From assembly GCF_006345805.1 (NCBI RefSeq), contig NC_043006.1, positions 2,790,001-2,854,000 of the forward strand: a stretch of 64,000 bases of DNA, written 5' to 3'. The translations under genes were made by a program, and so were the position numbers. The notes beneath the pieces were generated by a model that did not search any database, was not told where the DNA came from, and saw only the letters and a program-made list of their open reading frames with translations. The DNA is from Octopus sinensis. Taxonomy: Eukaryota. Below, one piece after another: positions 25,263 through 37,317 of the stretch. The number at the start of each line of letters is the position of its first letter. Position 1 is the stretch's first letter.

Positions 25263-25717
25263 TATTACACTGTGTGACACGATTTTTGTCTTTGGGTGGC
25301 AACTGTTATTTTCTATTTGCTTTTTTTGTAATGATGTTTATTCAAACCCCAAAGAATCCCTCTCAGCACATGGCTATGATGCTCCTCAACTATTCCTGCT
25401 CGTGATCAGAGCTGCACATATAGTCAGCCACTAAGGGACATCATGCTCAAGTGGCTATGGTCAAACAACTGAGAAGCAAATCTGTGGTATTGGGCAGAAT
25501 AGTTACTATAATGGTATTTCTGCTTCAACAACTTAGAACTGAATCTGTCTGGAATGTAATGGAAAATAGGTCAGTTTCAGAACAATGGTGTCCAAGTCAG
25601 AAAAGTAAAGTTTGAAGGGAATGGTAGTGATTTCCTTTGATTTCTAAATAGCAGCAAATAGAAAATAACATTTACTGACCCAAGACAGAAAAAAAAAAAA
25701 TTGTTACACGATGTAAT
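25263..25717. mobile_element. MITE-like element with ~60-bp terminal inverted repeats
   Basis: TATTACACTGTGTGACA...TGTTATTTTCTATTTGCT at left and its reverse complement AGCAAATAGAAAATAACA...TGTTACACGATGTAATA at right. Confidence 0.7.
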
Positions 25718-26062
25718 AGGTTGCAGTGGTAGCAGGTGCACATGTTCAAATAATCTCTGTTTATACTTACTGCTGCACCTGTGAGTTTTCTGTTAATTCT
25801 TGAGACAGTAACAAAGTTTGGACCTGCCACTATTTAGTATGTTGCTGTAAAAGAAAATCTATGCTCACTGATTTCACCAGGAGATACCATTTGTACTTGG
25901 GCATACTTTTGGGTTGCAATTGTTGCCTTTCAAAACTACATTTTGATCTATTCTTGGCATTTATTGTAAAGTTTAATTTTAAGCAAATTCTAGAATAAAA
26001 ATTTCAAATAACTTTAAATTATTTGCAGAATAATTTTTGCAAACTCTCTCTCTCTCTCTCTC

Positions 26063-26107
<45 letters not shown>

Positions 26108-27145
26108 ATTAATTATGATTTATTATTTATTAATTGATTAGTTAATTAAATACGATATTATATTACCATATCAGCCACTTTACCAGTTTCATACCAGATG
26201 AGATGATATAATCTCACCAATCATCAGAGAGGGATGAAAAGAATATTATGTGGTTTGGGTTCTTTGCCACTGGACGTTTAAAAGTGTCAAATTTTACCCA
26301 GTTGATCTTATGGCTGTTGTAAAAATAGCAGTAATTCTTGTCCTAGTCAAAACTTGGGTTGAAAAAGTTTTTCATGTTCATGGCCCTTGGAGTGGGAACT
26401 AAGAATGCCCCACAGTATGCGGAATATTTGCTTGTAGGGTAAGGTATACATGTATATATAAGGTGTATGTATATATGTATATATGTCCCATATAAACAGA
26501 GAGGGTGTAGATGAACAAATGATGGGAGTAGGACTCAATACAATCAGTTGGAGTCACAAGTATTGAATAACAGGTTGACTCAACATCACCTTAATGTATT
26601 GTAGATGTAGAGGCACATCTACATCTTCAGATTTACAGACTCCATACATACTACTACAATTCTTTGTCAAAAATTCTGAAATCCTAATTTTTTTTTGCTA
26701 ATGAGCAACTTGCCACAAACATAAAATTCGAGAAAGTGCTTGGAGTTTTTTTTTATCTCTACATAATTTTTTTTATTCCTCTAATTGGGCTTAGTAAATA
26801 TCAAACTTTGGGAAATATGTTTTGTGAAAATTACATATATCTTTAGATCTTTTGTATATATTTAAACGCTTCTCTCTAATAGCAGCATCTGACAATATAA
26901 CATACTCTGTTTTCACTTTTCTAAGAATGATATTCACATTAATTTGTGGTTCCATAATGTAAGAGTGCTTTGATTTGCTGTAAATGATACAGATAAAGCT
27001 AGTGGTAGGTGAAAATTGGTGATAAATTTTCCTATCTGTATAAGAACAACATTATCTTCATTTCTTTAAAATCATAAATGCTGTAACAATATTGATTCCG
27101 TTTGTTTCAAAGTCTTATTACTGGAGCAAGATTATTATTATTATT

Positions 27146-27394
27146 AAGGTGGTGAGCTGATAGAATCATTAACATGCCAGGTGAAATGATTAGCTTTGGC
27201 AGTATTTCGCCCGTTGCTACGTTCTGAGTCCAGATTCCGCCAAAGTTGACTTTGCCTTGCCGTTCATCCTTTCACGGTCAATAAATTAAGTACCAGTTGA
27301 ACACTGGGGTCAATGTAATCAACTCATCCCTTCCCCCAAAATGGCTGGCCTTGTGGCAAAATTTGAAACCATTTTATTATTATTATTATTATTA

Positions 27395-27453
<59 letters not shown>
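27146..27453 (+). mobile_element. SINE family C (Nin/Deu-like core) with (TTA)n tail
   Basis: GGTGAGCTGATAGAA head, GTTGACTTTGCC...TTCATCCTTTCACGGTCAATAAATTAAGTACC core, long (TTA)n. Homologous to 42685-42901. Confidence 0.75.
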
Positions 27454-27458
<5 letters not shown>

Positions 27459-28164
27459 TCAGTTGTGAAACTGAAATGAAAGATAAGTTATGTCACTAAC
27501 CTATTAGTTTCCATATTTCTTAAAAATGTTTACAAGAGAGATGTAACTGATTTGATCTTTCCTGTTTGTTCAGGGAGTTTGGCTGCTATTTCTAGTCGAC
27601 TGGCTGACCACTTGTTTTCAGCTTCTGCAAACCTATTGAAACAGTGGAAAATATGTTTCTTTAAAGCTGTTTCCTTATTTTATAAGCTTCAGTCTTACAT
27701 ATCTTTAAAAGTCATTTCACTGTTTGTCTGTTACGATCTTGCAAATATTAAAACATTGTGTGTGAAATGCCGAAGGATTTAATTATGCCTTCTCGTTTAT
27801 AGTGCTGAAAGGTAATTGCATGAAATAAGTTTGTTTCATCAAAATTAACAATTGATTCTGTTACATTGGGGAGGCATCCAGTTGGTATTGAACTGCACCC
27901 TAACAAAGCAACTCATTTGTTGTATACAGCTCTCTACCCTTCATCATAGTCAGTTATACTTACCTATGGTACTTATTTATATTTTGGAGGAGTGAGTCAG
28001 TATAGTGAAAGGATAGAACTGTCACAGCTCTTTAATTAGCAGTCTGTCATCCTGTTGACCAAACTAATTGTGCAGCACCTTGAACAAATGTATTCTACTA
28101 TAACCTCAGTCTGACCAAAATCTTGGGAATGGATTTAGTAGGCAGAAACTGAAAGAAGCCCTTC

Positions 28165-28933
28165 ATGACAGAGTGTAAGTACCTTGAGAGAAAAGTTGGA
28201 CCTAAGAAGCATCAGTTGTGGTGTGCAAGATAGACGTCTGCGCTGGTATGGTCATGTGACGAGAATGGATGAAGATAGTTGTGTGAAAAAGTGCCACACT
28301 TTAGCGGTTGAGGGAACCTGTGGAAGAGGTAGACCCAGGAAAACCTGGGACGAGGTGGTGAAGCACGACCTTCGAACTTTAGGTCTCACCGAGGAAATGT
28401 CTAGAGACCGAGACCTATGGAAGTATGCTGTGCGTGAGAAGACCTGGCAGGACAAGTGAAACCATAACCCATGGCCTCTGCCCGGGATGTAGCCAGTCCA
28501 CTTATACATGCCTTTCCTTCTTGGGACACAAAACTCTACTTGTGAAGATCTGTTGAGGCAAGTGAGAATCAGAATCAAAATCGAAATCGATCAACATCAA
28601 TGCAAATTGTAGCTGTGATACCAGTGCCAGTGGCACGTAAGCGAACCATCCGAACGCGGCCGTTGCCAGCGCCGCCCAACGGGCCTCCGTGCAGGTGGCA
28701 CGTAAAAAGCACCATCCGATCGTGGCCGTTGCCAGCCTCGCCTGGCCCCTGTGCTGGTGGCACGTAAAAAGCACCCACTACACTCACGGAGTGGTTGGCG
28801 TTAGGAAGGGCATCCAGCCGTAGAAACAGACTGGGCCTGGTGCAGCCTTCTGGCTCCCCAGACCCCAGTTGAACCGTCCAACCCATGCCAGCATGGAAAG
28901 CGGACGCTAAATGATGATGATGATGATGATGAT
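28165..28933 (+). mobile_element. RTE LINE 3' end: ORF C-terminus, 3' UTR and (GAT)n tail
   Basis: ORF 28184-28459 with RRLRWYGHVTRM...GRGRPRKTW...DRDLW, typical of the RTE clade; UTR with three hairpin units and AGGAAGGGCATCCAGC. Confidence 0.92.
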
Positions 28934-29958
28934 GTATATATCTTTGTATGTATGTCTTTGTGTTTGTCTTCCAGAATTATATTCTAATCAAAGAATATGA
29001 TTTATTTCCAAAATGTTAGTATTCATGTAAAAACTAAAATTTAATGATTTTATATTGGTGATGATTAAGTAATAATTATTTCTTTAATAAAACTGGTGTT
29101 GATATTAATTTACATAATTCTTCTGAAGAATGAGATTGAAAATGTTTAGGATATTCTGCAATTCAGTAGAAAGTTTTCTTATTTGTCCATGAATAAATGT
29201 TAAATGTTAAAGAAATTGAATTTAGTGAAATTTTGGTTTACATTCTCTGCGTATATGGTTTGAATGGGTGAATGGGGAGGTTTTCAGATCAGTTCTACCC
29301 TCAGTTTGGAATTTATGCTTACATGCTTACCATGTAGAACTGTATTTCTTTGGTGAAATAAAAAGTATTATTTTCATGAATCAAAACTGGTTTTGGCAGG
29401 AAGATCAGTTACAGTGTGTTGGTTTAAAAGTAGATGCAAATTATCACCAAACGGTAGAATCTGACGCTAAACAAATGGAGCAAGGAGAGAAATATAAATC
29501 TTGGATTAGATACGTAGATTAAATTTCAGAAAGGTAGGATTCACAAATTAGATTTTCGGTTTTTCTGTCTTATTTTCCATTCTTATCAATCTGGATGATA
29601 AAATTTAAGGGGGCACAGAAAGGCAGAATTTTTTTTAGCAAATTTCTTCAGCTTGTACCAGCTGGGAAAAATTCATTTATTAAGTTATTGTTGTTTATGG
29701 TGATAAGTCTTAATAATGTGATATAAATATTTGAAAAATCAATTTCAGCTGTGACTGGATAATACACTGCATAAGACATCCCAAAATATCTGCTCTGTGT
29801 TTCTATGCTTCTTTAGTCGTAGGAAGTAATATTTGAGGATTTTAGCAGTATCATTTTATATGAATGAGTATATATATATATATATGATACAACAAAAATG
29901 CACTGCTTTACTTTGACATACAGTCTTTTTCCTGTGTGTGTGTGTGTGTGTGTGTATA

Positions 29959-30223
29959 CAGTAATACCTCACTTTATGGGGACCCACTTTACAAGACCCC
30001 GGGTCTACAAATTTTATTTTATAATAAATATGAAAAGGTTAAACAGCCATTGTGTGTGTGGCATCACTGGTTCTGACGCAGCTTCACAGCTGCATATAGC
30101 AACAAAGTCAAGTGACGGCAAAAAATGTTCATTGCTACTGTGGGAAATTATTGCTCTGCTTTGAGTTTCCACTTTATGAGCAGTCTCCGGAAACAGATTA
30201 CCTTGTATATCGTGGCATTACTG
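29959..30223. mobile_element. pogo/Tigger-like MITE
   Basis: TA|CAGTAATACCTC left end and GTGGCATTACTG right end (imperfect inverted repeat). Confidence 0.6.
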
Positions 30224-30249
30224 TGTGTGTATATATATATATATATATA

Positions 30250-30420
30250 TCTCTATATATATAAAACTGAGAATATGTGTCTGTCTGTCTGTCTGTCTGT
30301 GTGTTTCCCGAAAACTTGAGAACTACACAACCAATTTCATTCAAATTTTACACATGCCTTACTTAGGGTCCATGTAGTTTCATGGGCAAAAAAAATGTTC
30401 AACTTCTTACCTAGAGCAAG
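30250..30420 (+). mobile_element. Putative non-autonomous Helitron 5' end; may extend to ~31.4 kb
   Basis: A|TC start, TCTATATATATAAAA, (CTGT)n, then AACTACACAACCAATTTCATTCAAATTT, the pattern common in invertebrate Helitron heads. 3' CTRR end not located. Confidence 0.5.
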
Positions 30421-31475
30421 CCTATAGCAATATCATATCTTCTCCACTATTTCAGTATTTCATGTTAAAAGTGAAACAAAAACATTTCTCTATTTTATGT
30501 CAGATATTTTCACTTTAACAATAAAAATAATAATAACAATTGAATTATATGTAGTAAGTAATAATTAAAATCAAACTAAAGTATAATATTATCGTAACAT
30601 AACAAAAGTAAAACTATAGCAATTGGTATAAAATTGCATCAATGACTTGAACTTGAATCAGTGGTTTCACATGAATGGGAATAAATAAAAAATAAAATTT
30701 AAGTGCAGAAATGGAATAGTCCAGATGGAGGTGTGCACGGCTTTTACATTAGATTATTTGCTAATTAGCTAGCATTAAGTATCTATATGAAGTTTGGCTG
30801 TATGTAATGTCTGTTTTCTCGAAAGATGCTTCTACTGAGTACCTGATATTATGCTGTCAGAGTCAGACGTTATTTTTGTGTGAAAGAGTGAAAAAAAGTG
30901 AAAAATTGTTGAAAGAGACGAAACATGATCGAATCGCGCGAGATGCTTGTCGCTGCGTGTCGTTACTTTTTATAGAAGGAGCGTTGACCCTCAGTCATGG
31001 AGACTTACGCGAGGGTCACCGCAACGAAGAATGACGCGTCGCTTGTTGTCTGTAAAGTATACAATGTAGAGAAAAAAGATTTGAACACGTGGAGGAAAGC
31101 ACCTTCGAAAAGTGTCTTGGTGCGACTATGAAAGATATCTAATCAGAGGCGGTAAATTCGCCACAATAGAAGAAAGGTTTGAGTCAATGGAGCGTGCAAG
31201 GGAGTACTCGACTTGAACTTGCAAAGTGGAAATATTTTATTTTTACCTTTATATCTGGGACATAAGATGTCCCGGAAAAAAATTTAAAATGCCCCCCCAC
31301 CCCCAGAAGTAGAGGTAGGCTGGATTGTAGCTACACTTCTATACAAGAGGAAGGACAAGATACAATTGATCAAAATTACAAGAGACGGGCTAACAATTCC
31401 AGTCTGTTATATATTTTGAGTATTGTTATCACTAGCGATATCAAGATATAACTTTGTATTTTGCATTTTATGTGT

Positions 31476-31508
<33 letters not shown>

Positions 31509-31559
31509 TCTACATGTAATATGTACACATATATACACATATATACATGCACTAGCACT

Positions 31560-32043
31560 ATGACCTGGCAACGACGGGTCTTTGTGGTAGCATGGTAAGA
31601 AATTTGCTTCTCATTCCACATGGTTCTTGGGCGTGTCCTACTATGGCCCTGAACTGACCAAATCCTTGTGAGTGGACATTGTAGATAGAAACTGAAAGAA
31701 GGCCGTCATTTATAGATTTTCTTATTGATGACACCGAGTGGAGGGTTCTTCTTTTCTGCTCACCAAAGAGAATGAAGCTTTGGCCAGGGAGAACTGATTT
31801 CATCAGATGCTATACAACGATATATGTGCGTCTTTGTGTTTGTATTTATCCCTGACCACTGCTTGGCAGCAGCTAGTGTTGGTTTGTTTACATCCCTGTA
31901 ATCTAGTGGCTCAGCAAAAGAGGCCAGTTGAATAAGTACTTAGTTATAAAAAATAAGTACAATGGTCCATTTATTCAAGTAAACCTTCCAGGTAGTGCTC
32001 CAGCATTGCCACAGTTCAATGACTGGAACAAGTAAGAGATAAA
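31560..32043 (+). mobile_element. SINE family A, diverged copy
   Basis: CCTTGTGAGTGGA...GAAACTGAAAGAAG core and GTGCTCCAGCATTGCCACAG tail. Confidence 0.75.
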
Positions 32044-33022
32044 ATATATCTACTTGTTTGTACATTCACTTTTTTTTTCCATGCTAGCATGTGTTAGATG
32101 AATATGTTATTGAGGTATTGATACCCTTCCTGTTGCTAAGCCTTGTTTTACAAATAAAGGGTCTTTTATTTCACATGACTTTGACAGTGCTAAGTGAGGG
32201 CCTTGGTTGTTGATGGGAGAAGTGACACCGCCACCACCACCACCACCACCCACACATTGTAAAGTGGTTAATGTTAGGAAGGGCACCCAGCAATAAAAAC
32301 CATGCCAAAACAGAGCTTGGTGCAGTCCTCAGGCTTACTAGCTCCTGTCAAACCATCTCACCTATTCCAGCATGCAAGACAGATGTCAAATGATTACATA
32401 CACACACACACACACACATGCACACACGCATACACATACACAGAGGTTTCTTTCAGTATTTGTCTCCCAAATTCACTCAAAAGTCTTTGGTTGCCCCTGG
32501 GTCTAGAGGAGAAGACTCTTCCCAAAGGTAAGACTGAAACTGAAACCACATGTTTAAAAGGTGAACTTCTTAACCCCTTCTTAGCCTTGCCTCTACCCAT
32601 ATATTGTGTATCATCATCATCATCATTTTAAAGTTCATTTCTCTATGCTTTCATGGATTTGACAGAATTTGTTGAGGCAAATTCCCCATCGTTAGAGACC
32701 CTTCTTGTTGCCAGCCATTATTTGTTTTTGTGTAAAGTAATATTTAACTCATAGCTGGATTTATTTTCATGGAAGATTGGAGGCAGACAACACTGCTTGT
32801 ATAATGGTGATGCTTGTTTACAACCATTGCATGTTACCAAGAGAAGAAGACATTAACACATGCACACTTGCATATCTACATCACAAGCTTCTTTCAGATT
32901 CTGTCGATCAAATCAACTCATACCCTAAACAATAATAATTTTGACTACTTTTTTTTTGGTTTTGTTATTATGAAACTCCAGTGTTCTTTTCAAGGTATTA
33001 ATCAACTAGACCACAATCTTTG

Positions 33023-33245
33023 ATAAATCCTAATACATTGAATTAACCACATCCAGCCCAAATATTCTACCTGTTTTATGTTCAAACTGGCCAGATCTTG
33101 ACTTTCACACCCACCTTACAATGCCATACTAAAAATAAACAATCTTTGAAATCTCAAAGCTACAAGATAATCCCCGAGTAATTCAGAGCAATGTGAATAG
33201 ACAGGCATCGCACCAGATGGCGCAATCTGAATGCTAACAGGTTAT
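33023..33245. mobile_element. piggyBac-like MITE, copy 3 (diverged ends)
   Basis: AAATATTCTACCTGTTTTATGTTCAAACTGGCCAGATC...TCTGAATGCTAACAGG shared with copies 1 and 2. Confidence 0.7.
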
Positions 33246-33510
33246 TGTACTATCTTGGTAAAGCTTACAAGAAACGCCCAAACTCCAACCTGGTACATAG
33301 CTGGAAACAGCGACTGGAGGTTGACCTATTAAAATACTGCTGTCTTGAAAAGTGGGCAGGGCTCTAAGAGACTTCCAGACATTTTCACAGACATCTCACG
33401 ACTTTAAAAACAATCCTATTTTCATCTTCCTTTATCAGCTTTTTAAATGTATTTCAATTCCCCATCTTTTTATTAGAACTTATCATTTTCAACAGCTTAA
33501 ATGTTAATTT

Positions 33511-33545
<35 letters not shown>

Positions 33546-34019
33546 GAATGCCAACATGCTCCAGTTATCTTGGTGAGCAACTGAAGTTGATGAGTCAATC
33601 ATAATTAGCAGCTGACATTTCAGTCTGTCTGTCTCTGATATTTCTATTTGGGGCAGCACAACTGAAATATTCCAAGAGCAAATTTACCAAAGTAAAGGTG
33701 ACCATCAACTCTTGGCCAGGCGTTCTCTTATTATCTGCAGTAATCTATGTTCGAAATCCTTTTCCTTTCCCAACTAATCTCTTTTACTTTAAGCCTGGGA
33801 TCAACTGATTTACTTTGATGTTGACAGCCATTTTTGACTTCCCAATGTATAGAGATGGAGACTTTTATCCTGAGTGGATGCATATTTTCCTCTGTTGTTC
33901 TTATGGCATCCAGCATCACACTTCACCACACATACACATCTTAGCTTTATTGGAATCAATTACTATCAGAGGCATAAATGTGTATGTGGCACGTTTATGT
34001 ATGTATGTATCGTTTTAAT

Positions 34020-34486
34020 CTTTTTTCTTGTTTTAGCCATTTGATTGTGGCTATGCTGGAGCACAGCCTTGAAGGGTTTGTAGTTGAACAAATCAAACCC
34101 AGGACTTATTTCTGAATCCTAATAGTTATTCTATCGGTCTCTTATGCTGAACTGCTAAGTTATGGTGGTATAAACACACCAACACTAGTTGTCAAGTGGT
34201 AATGTGGGGACAAACACAGATGCAAAGACAAACACACACACACCTTTAAGTCTTTAATCTTTAAATTGTTTCAGCTTCAAAGCTGCAGTCATGCTGGGCA
34301 CCACCATATATATATAAATATATACAATGGGCTTCCTTCAGTTTCTGTCTACCAGACCCACTCACATAGTTTTTGTTGGCCTGAGGCTATAGTAGAAGAC
34401 ACTTGCCCAAGATGCCACGCAGTGGAACTGAACTTGGAACCATGTGGTTGGGAAGCAAACTTCCTACCACACAGCCACGCCTGTAC
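34020..34486 (-). mobile_element. SINE family A containing a nested ~60-bp LINE tail (34243-34305)
   Basis: Reverse complement matches 6722-7125; the insert matches the LINE tail at 12241-12303. Confidence 0.82.
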
Positions 34487-35933
34487 CTCTACATATCATC
34501 TTCATCATCATCATCATCACCACTGTCATCATCTGTTTTCTATGCTGGTATGGACTGGGTAGATTGACTGGAGCTGGCAAGTCAGAAGACTGTGCCAAGC
34601 TCCATTCTCTGCCTTGACATGGTTTCTACAGTTGGATGCTCTTCTCCATGCCAACCACTTTCCAGAGTGTATTGGGTGCTTATTTTTGTGGCACCAATTT
34701 TTCTCTTTAAAGGCTAGCTGGTGATTCAGTTTCTCTGTATTCTTTAATATTATAATGTGTGTGTATGTGTGTACATTGGTCAAGGATTGTGGAATTGGTG
34801 CATCAAACAAAATGTAATACCATGTGGTATTTTGAAACTACCTTTACATCCAAGTCGAATTAGGTTTTGTAGCTTACAAGTCTGATAAAGTAAATACTGG
34901 GCAAGTATTGTGGTCAATGCATTTGATCGAAATGCTTGAAGTCTGTACCCCAGCATGACCACAGCTCAGTGACTGAAGCTTTTAAAAGTCTGTGTGAATG
35001 TATACATACTTATGCACACACACACCACGTACACCACACACACGCGCGCGTGCACACACACACTAATTTTAAATGTACAATTAGTAGAGTACACTTGTGG
35101 ATGCATGATATGAATGTTTTCCTCCTCATCTCACTGCTGATATTCAACCTCTGGAGGAGGGGCAGTTTCCACAGCGTTAACCTTTTCAAATTCCCCAGAC
35201 AGGTTAATGCAGTTGTTGTTTAGCTTGAACTTGTACTATTTGATGATGTCCTTTGGGAAAACATGGGTGGAGAGAAGATCTCAGAGTGCGGCAGTTATGC
35301 TGTTGTTTAGTGCAGGGTTAAGGGAATGAGGCATATGAAGAGAAGAGGTGGGTGTAGCAGATGGTACGTAGCTTTCTGGTTCCTAGTAAGAATGAAAAAA
35401 AAACGGAATAGAGCAAGATATAACACATTGCTGGGTTGTATTAATGATTGAAGATTTCTCAATAAATCAGATGACTTTCTCTTTCTTTGTTTCTTTTTCT
35501 TTTTCTTTTTTTGAGAGGATGCAGTGAGATATGTTTGTGTAGCAGCTTCATCCTCATCCCATTAACATGAACAGTACTCTGCTGTGCTGTTGTACATTGG
35601 TGTTTTGTAGCAAATGCGCAGAGGGATGTCTCTTGCTGGCGTGACACTTTACAGTGATGCACATGTTACTTTGGTTTAACCATACTTAGCTGACATTTAA
35701 AATGTGCTCCTTCTCAGGATAAACTTGGCCTTTTCATTCTTCCTTTGGGGTCAATAAAAGAAGCAGGAGTTAAAATACTGGGGCTAATTCAAATGTTGAT
35801 TGTGTGCCTTTATTAGGAATGAGTTAAAATCTTACCAGGGTCATCCTTGCCCTTCATCCTTCTTCGGCTGATAAAATCAAGAACCATTTAAATGACTGAG
35901 TCAATATTATTGACTTCACTATTATTCCCAAAA

Positions 35934-36170
35934 GTCAAGCGATGTTGGTGGGACAAACACAGACACACAAACACACACATATATATATATATATATATAC
36001 ATATATACGACGGGCTTCTTTCAGCTTCCGTTCACCAAATCCACTCACAAGGCTTTGGTTGGCCCGAGGTTATAGTAGAAGACACTTGCCCAAGGTGCCA
36101 TGCAATGAGACTGAACCCGGAACCATCTGGTTGGTAAGCAAGCTACTTACCACACAGCCACTCCTGCGCC
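35934..36170 (-). mobile_element. SINE family A, intact 5' head, 3'-truncated
   Basis: Reverse complement begins GGCGCAGGAGTGGCTGTGTGGTAAGTAGCTTG, identical to the start at 6722. Confidence 0.88.
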
Positions 36171-36171
36171 T

Positions 36172-36176
36172 AAAAA
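36172..36176 (-). terminator. Possible Pol III terminator (T5) downstream of the 5S copy
   Basis: TTTTT on the minus strand 7-8 nt after the 5S 3' end. Confidence 0.4.
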
Positions 36177-36183
36177 TGTATGA

Positions 36184-36302
36184 TGCTTACAGCACCTAGG
36201 TTTCCCAAGTGGTCACCCATCTAAGTACTAACTAGGCTCGACATTGCTTAACTTTAGTGATCGGCCGAGAACCGGTGCTTTCAACGTGATATGGCCGTAA
36301 GC
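36184..36302 (-). rRNA. 5S rRNA, full-length solitary copy, probably a pseudogene
   Basis: Reverse complement GCTTACGGCCATATCACGTTGAAAGCACCGGTTCTCGGCCGATCACTAAAGTTAAGCAATGTCGAGCCTAGTTAGTACTTAGATGGGTGACCACTTGGGAAACCTAGGTGCTGTAAGCA. Helix I pairs fully (GCTTACGGC/GCTGTAAGC) and boxes A and C are recognisable. Several transitions relative to the usual metazoan consensus. Confidence 0.92.
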
Positions 36303-36334
36303 CATATATATAAAATCATATTATTACAAAGGCT

Positions 36335-36900
36335 CCCTTGAAGTAGTAGCTAAAAGCTTCTGTTATTTAGGTGATCTAATTAGCAATGGAGGTAGGTGAA
36401 AGTCTAGCATTCAAAGTAAGAACAGTTTGGACATAGTTCAAGAAGCTATTAGCTCTGCTGGCCACAAAAGGCTTCTCCCTGTCAGTGAAGGACACACTAT
36501 GAAGCTTATGTATAAAGTTGATGCTGTATAGTAATGAGGCCTGGGCTCTGGAAAGAAAGGTTTTGTGAGATTAGAAAGAAATAAGGGAATGTACTCCACT
36601 GAAAGTGTGATAGTGATGGAGTCCAAATGAGCTGAGAGAAATGTTGAATGTAAGAGGAATCAGCAGTAGTGTGCAAAAGAGATTGCACATATGATGTAGA
36701 CATATGATGCACGTGGAGGATGGCAGCCACACAAGGATGTGTTGTTTGCTGAAAGTGAATGGCATCTGAGGAAGAATGAGATCAAGAAAGATATGGGATG
36801 CACTGGTGAATGCTGATCTCAAAATGATATTTCACAAAGGAGTTGATAAAGGTCTGTAATGATTGGCAGGTATGCTGTGCTGGAGAAGGTCTGACCACCT
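36335..36900 (+). mobile_element. Old RTE LINE remnant
   Basis: SFCYLGDLISNGG and ELREMLNVRGISSSVQKRL fragments; the latter aligns with REKLDLRSISCGVQDRRL at 28184. Confidence 0.7.
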
Positions 36901-37178
36901 GTGTAAAGCCTGGTGAAATGTTTGTCAGGTTGTGATAGAGGCTGGGATCTATCATATACATCGACATTGAACCTTTTGCTTTTGTTCACTGCACTCTTTG
37001 CCCTCCATTTAATGAAGGAAAACTTTAGATCTCTTCCGGGGCAAATCCCTTCTACATCTCTCCATACTTCCTTGTCCCTCTGAATATAATGTGTGATTGC
37101 TTTGGATCTGTTTGTAGCTGCCATTCTTATTCTGACTAGACAGCTCTTATTCTCTCTCTCATCAGCAAATACTACCCC

Positions 37179-37215
<37 letters not shown>

Positions 37216-37273
37216 ACTCATTGACATTCATCACACTCTTATCTCCAACCGTTTTCACAACTACACATCTCTT

Positions 37274-37317
<44 letters not shown>

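Noticed and set aside
28610-28790. CRISPR-like repeat/spacer look of the palindromic GTGCC-NGT-GGCAC units
   Set aside because: The linkers are homologous to each other, the array is inside an RTE 3' UTR, the DNA is eukaryotic and there are no cas genes.
29400-29533. Possible exon bounded by GGCAG|G and AAG|GTAGG
   Set aside because: Poor pyrimidine tract, and the long frame stops before the donor.
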